NCBI GenBank assembly: GCA_035221665.1
Contig: CM069146.1
Span: 29,574,001-29,638,000 of the forward strand
Source: Okamejei kenojei
Lineage: Eukaryota
Reading direction: 5' to 3'
Length of the DNA stretch: 64,000 nucleotides
The stretch's first letter is position 1. Each line of letters begins with the position of its first letter. Below the pieces are notes generated by a model that was not told the DNA's origin, ran no database searches, and saw only the letters and a program-made list of their open reading frames with translations. The translations under genes and the position numbers were made by a program. Below are positions 61,480 to 64,000 of the stretch, one piece after another.

Positions 61480-61735
61480 GTGTAGGAGACTGAGGGGTGA
61501 TCTTATAGATGTGCATAAAATCAGAAAGCACATATATGGAATGTGCTGCCAGAGGAAATAGTTGAGGCAGGTACAATAGCAATATTTAAAATACATTTGG
61601 ATCAATGCATGGATAGGCAATGTTTTGAGTTGTAGTGGTTAGGCATGAGCAGGTGGGACTAGGTGGGATGGCTATTTTGATTGGCATGAATAAGTTGGGT
61701 CAAATGACTTTATGTGCTTTATGACTCCGTGATTC
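61480..61735 (+). mobile_element. CR1 3' end (degenerate)
   Basis: aggagactgaggggtgatcttataga...ctgccagaggaaatagttgaggcagg. Confidence 0.7.
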
Positions 61736-62559
61736 CGAGGCCCCTGTTGCCAATACTTGGGTACATATAATTTGCAGGGATGAATGACAAGTGTTGCTGG
61801 TATTTGTGTTGCAGTTGCATCTTATTCATGACATTGGGTTTAATGCCCATTTCTCCAGATTTGGGTAAGAATAAAGCTCACTGAAATGCTGTTTACTTGA
61901 ACCAATGAACCGTTTCAGATAATGACCAGATCTTGATATCTATGTGGACTAACATTCAATTATTGACATTTAGATGGAGTAACCTTGAATCACCAATATT
62001 TGATTCCGTTTTCATCAATTCCTAATAATTAGATGGAGTGACCATCTAATAAACCAATAATCCATTACTTGTGAAAAGGAGCAGCTCTATCGGTACTAGA
62101 GCTCACCACATTACAGCATCCTGTTCCTGAGAATCGTTCATAACAAGACTGTTCATCAGTCTGAAATGAATAACAAGTGTATGGGAGAGGATCACAGAAA
62201 CCTCTGTGATGGAGCGAGTGGGCGGGGGAAGAACCACTGCTCACTGGCCTCACTGACTCAGTGAGTGGGAACTGAGTCTGTTCAGCGTTCCCCACCCCGT
62301 TCAGTTGACAGCCTCCGTTTGGGGATGCAATTGGAGAAGATGGGGAGAGAAGGCAACGATGCCTTGTTCCCACCCAGCAGAAGATGTCTGCAGCTTTGCA
62401 TCTGCTGGCAAATCCATTCTCATCAATTCTGCTAGTCTTCCAAACACTTATTCAAACATATGGGGAGTCCACAAGTTGGGCATCAGTAATCCAGGGAGGA
62501 TCTGTTTCTGAACCCAGAACAGATGGTAGATGGAGGAAGCTTAAGAAGCTCAGGCACTC

Positions 62560-63058
62560 CCTTATATTCATAGTGTGCACATTCTTCAGTTCTGTGAAAG
62601 CCATCTGTGGTCCAAATACTTAAGGTGCAAAAACCCACCTGCTGCTAAAACAGGGATAAGCTCATCAGGGACAGAAAGATTTTCAAAGTCAGACACGAGG
62701 AACACTTTGAAGATCTCCTCAACGGTAAATTGATGTGAGCACCCTTGACGATATCCAATAGCATCCTATATTTGGTCCAAAATTACTGTCACTCGCAACT
62801 AGCAACAGATTGAGAAGTCTGTATCACAACTCAAAAATGACCAGGCCTCGCGAATAGGCATTGTTAACAAAGTTCTAAAGGTCTGCACTGAAGAGTTTCA
62901 ATAACTGATCCATAATCTCACTATCCATATCTGGGAGGAGGAGATTCGTGGGAGCCACAGAGACTTCTTGACTATCTCCAAGAAAAGAGATAAAGCTGAC
63001 TCTGGTAACTCCAGAGGGCTCTCCCTGCTGCCTGCAACAGGGAAAGTTACCACATTGA
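62560..63058 (+). mobile_element. RTE-clade LINE remnant
   Basis: FFSSVKAICGP, EHFEDLLN and TISKKRDKADSGNSRGLSLLPATGKV. Confidence 0.75.
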
Positions 63059-63059
63059 A

Positions 63060-64000
63060 CTAGTGTGTCTAAGAATTCTTCCTTACATCTCAACCTGTTA
63101 TTCCTCATCTTAAACCTATGTGTCCTGGTTTTAAGACACTTTGGCATAGGTAAATATGTTGCACTATCTACCCTATGATCCCGCACTATGACTTCATAAT
63201 TTCTCACCATCTACCCTATGATATCTACGTTATGCCTCTCATAATTTTGTACATCTACATCAGGACTCCCTGAGGCTAATTTTCTCCGAGGTAAACAAAT
63301 CCAACCTATCAACTGTCTTCTCATAAGTGGAACACTCCATCCCAGGCAGCATCCAGGTGAATCTCCTCTGTATTCTCTGGGATGCGTTCATGACCTCCTT
63401 TGTGTGAGGTACCAGAATGCGCACATTGTGCCATTCTTGTTCTGACCAATGTTTTAGAATTTTGTACTGAGACCTCCCTGCTCTTATACTCTGTGCTTTG
63501 GTTAATGAAGGCAAGCACATTGTACATTTTCTTCTCCATCCTATATACCTGTGTTGCCTCCTTCAGGGATCTATGGAAATGTATGCTTTGTTCCTCAATA
63601 CTCTCTCAGACCCTACCATTTGTGGTAAATGTCTGACCCTTATTTAACCCTCAAAAGTGTATCATCTCACACTCTTCAGATTAATTTCCATAAAACACAG
63701 TACAGCACAGGAGCAGGCTCTTTGGCCCACAATGTATGTGCCAACATGACACCAAGACCAACTCATATTTGCAGGCCCATATTCTACATCCCTCTATTCC
63801 CTGCATATCCATATTCCTCTCAAAAGCCTCTAAATTCCACAATTATACCCACCTCCACATCCCCTTCAATTGTTGTCCCTCTCATCTTAAAGCCATGCCT
63901 TCTAATATATGATATATTATATCATGGGAAAAATGTCATCATTTTATGTACTTCTATCAGGTTTCCCCTCAACCTCCAGTGTTCCAGAGAAAACAATCCA
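63060..64000 (-). mobile_element. CR1 3' fragments (two, degenerate)
   Basis: QRIQRRFTWMLPGME and THRFKMR motifs; second 3' end starts near 63695. Confidence 0.75.

Noticed and set aside
62040-62520. Possible exon or promoter of a downstream gene such as GRM2
   Set aside because: No recognisable protein similarity or convincing splice sites; adjoins an RTE remnant.
1-64000. CRISPR arrays or prokaryotic operons
   Set aside because: The sequence is vertebrate-type DNA; there is no regular repeat-spacer array, and the recombinase and MTase belong to DIRS elements.

Overview
Eukaryotic, repeat-rich vertebrate DNA with several N gaps, most likely a cartilaginous fish (skate, ray or shark), judging by HE1-type V-SINEs, CR1, RTE, Rex/Babar-like and Penelope fragments. 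The only host coding exon I can support is a terminal exon resembling TEX264 (32959-33248, +), which carries a LIR-like SSSSFEDI motif. The window holds four DIRS1-like tyrosine-recombinase retrotransposon insertions from three families: one full-length (46978-52445), a 5'-deleted sibling (33980-38445), a copy with a decayed interior and preserved ends (13397-18553, -), and a 5' fragment (19965-20816, -). The most interesting signal is a ~135-140 bp SINE-like element present three times (10208-10347, 19424-19556, 46016-46151). Each copy has a 10-12 bp TSD, a (GAA)n tail, and a 5' end that is a 54-nt minimal HDV/CPEB3-like self-cleaving ribozyme starting at the predicted cleavage-site G. A second signal is an in-frame splice-site layout in the DIRS elements that could express gag, RT-RNaseH-MTase and recombinase from one transcript. 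All calls were made by eye; no searches were run, and repeat boundaries are approximate.
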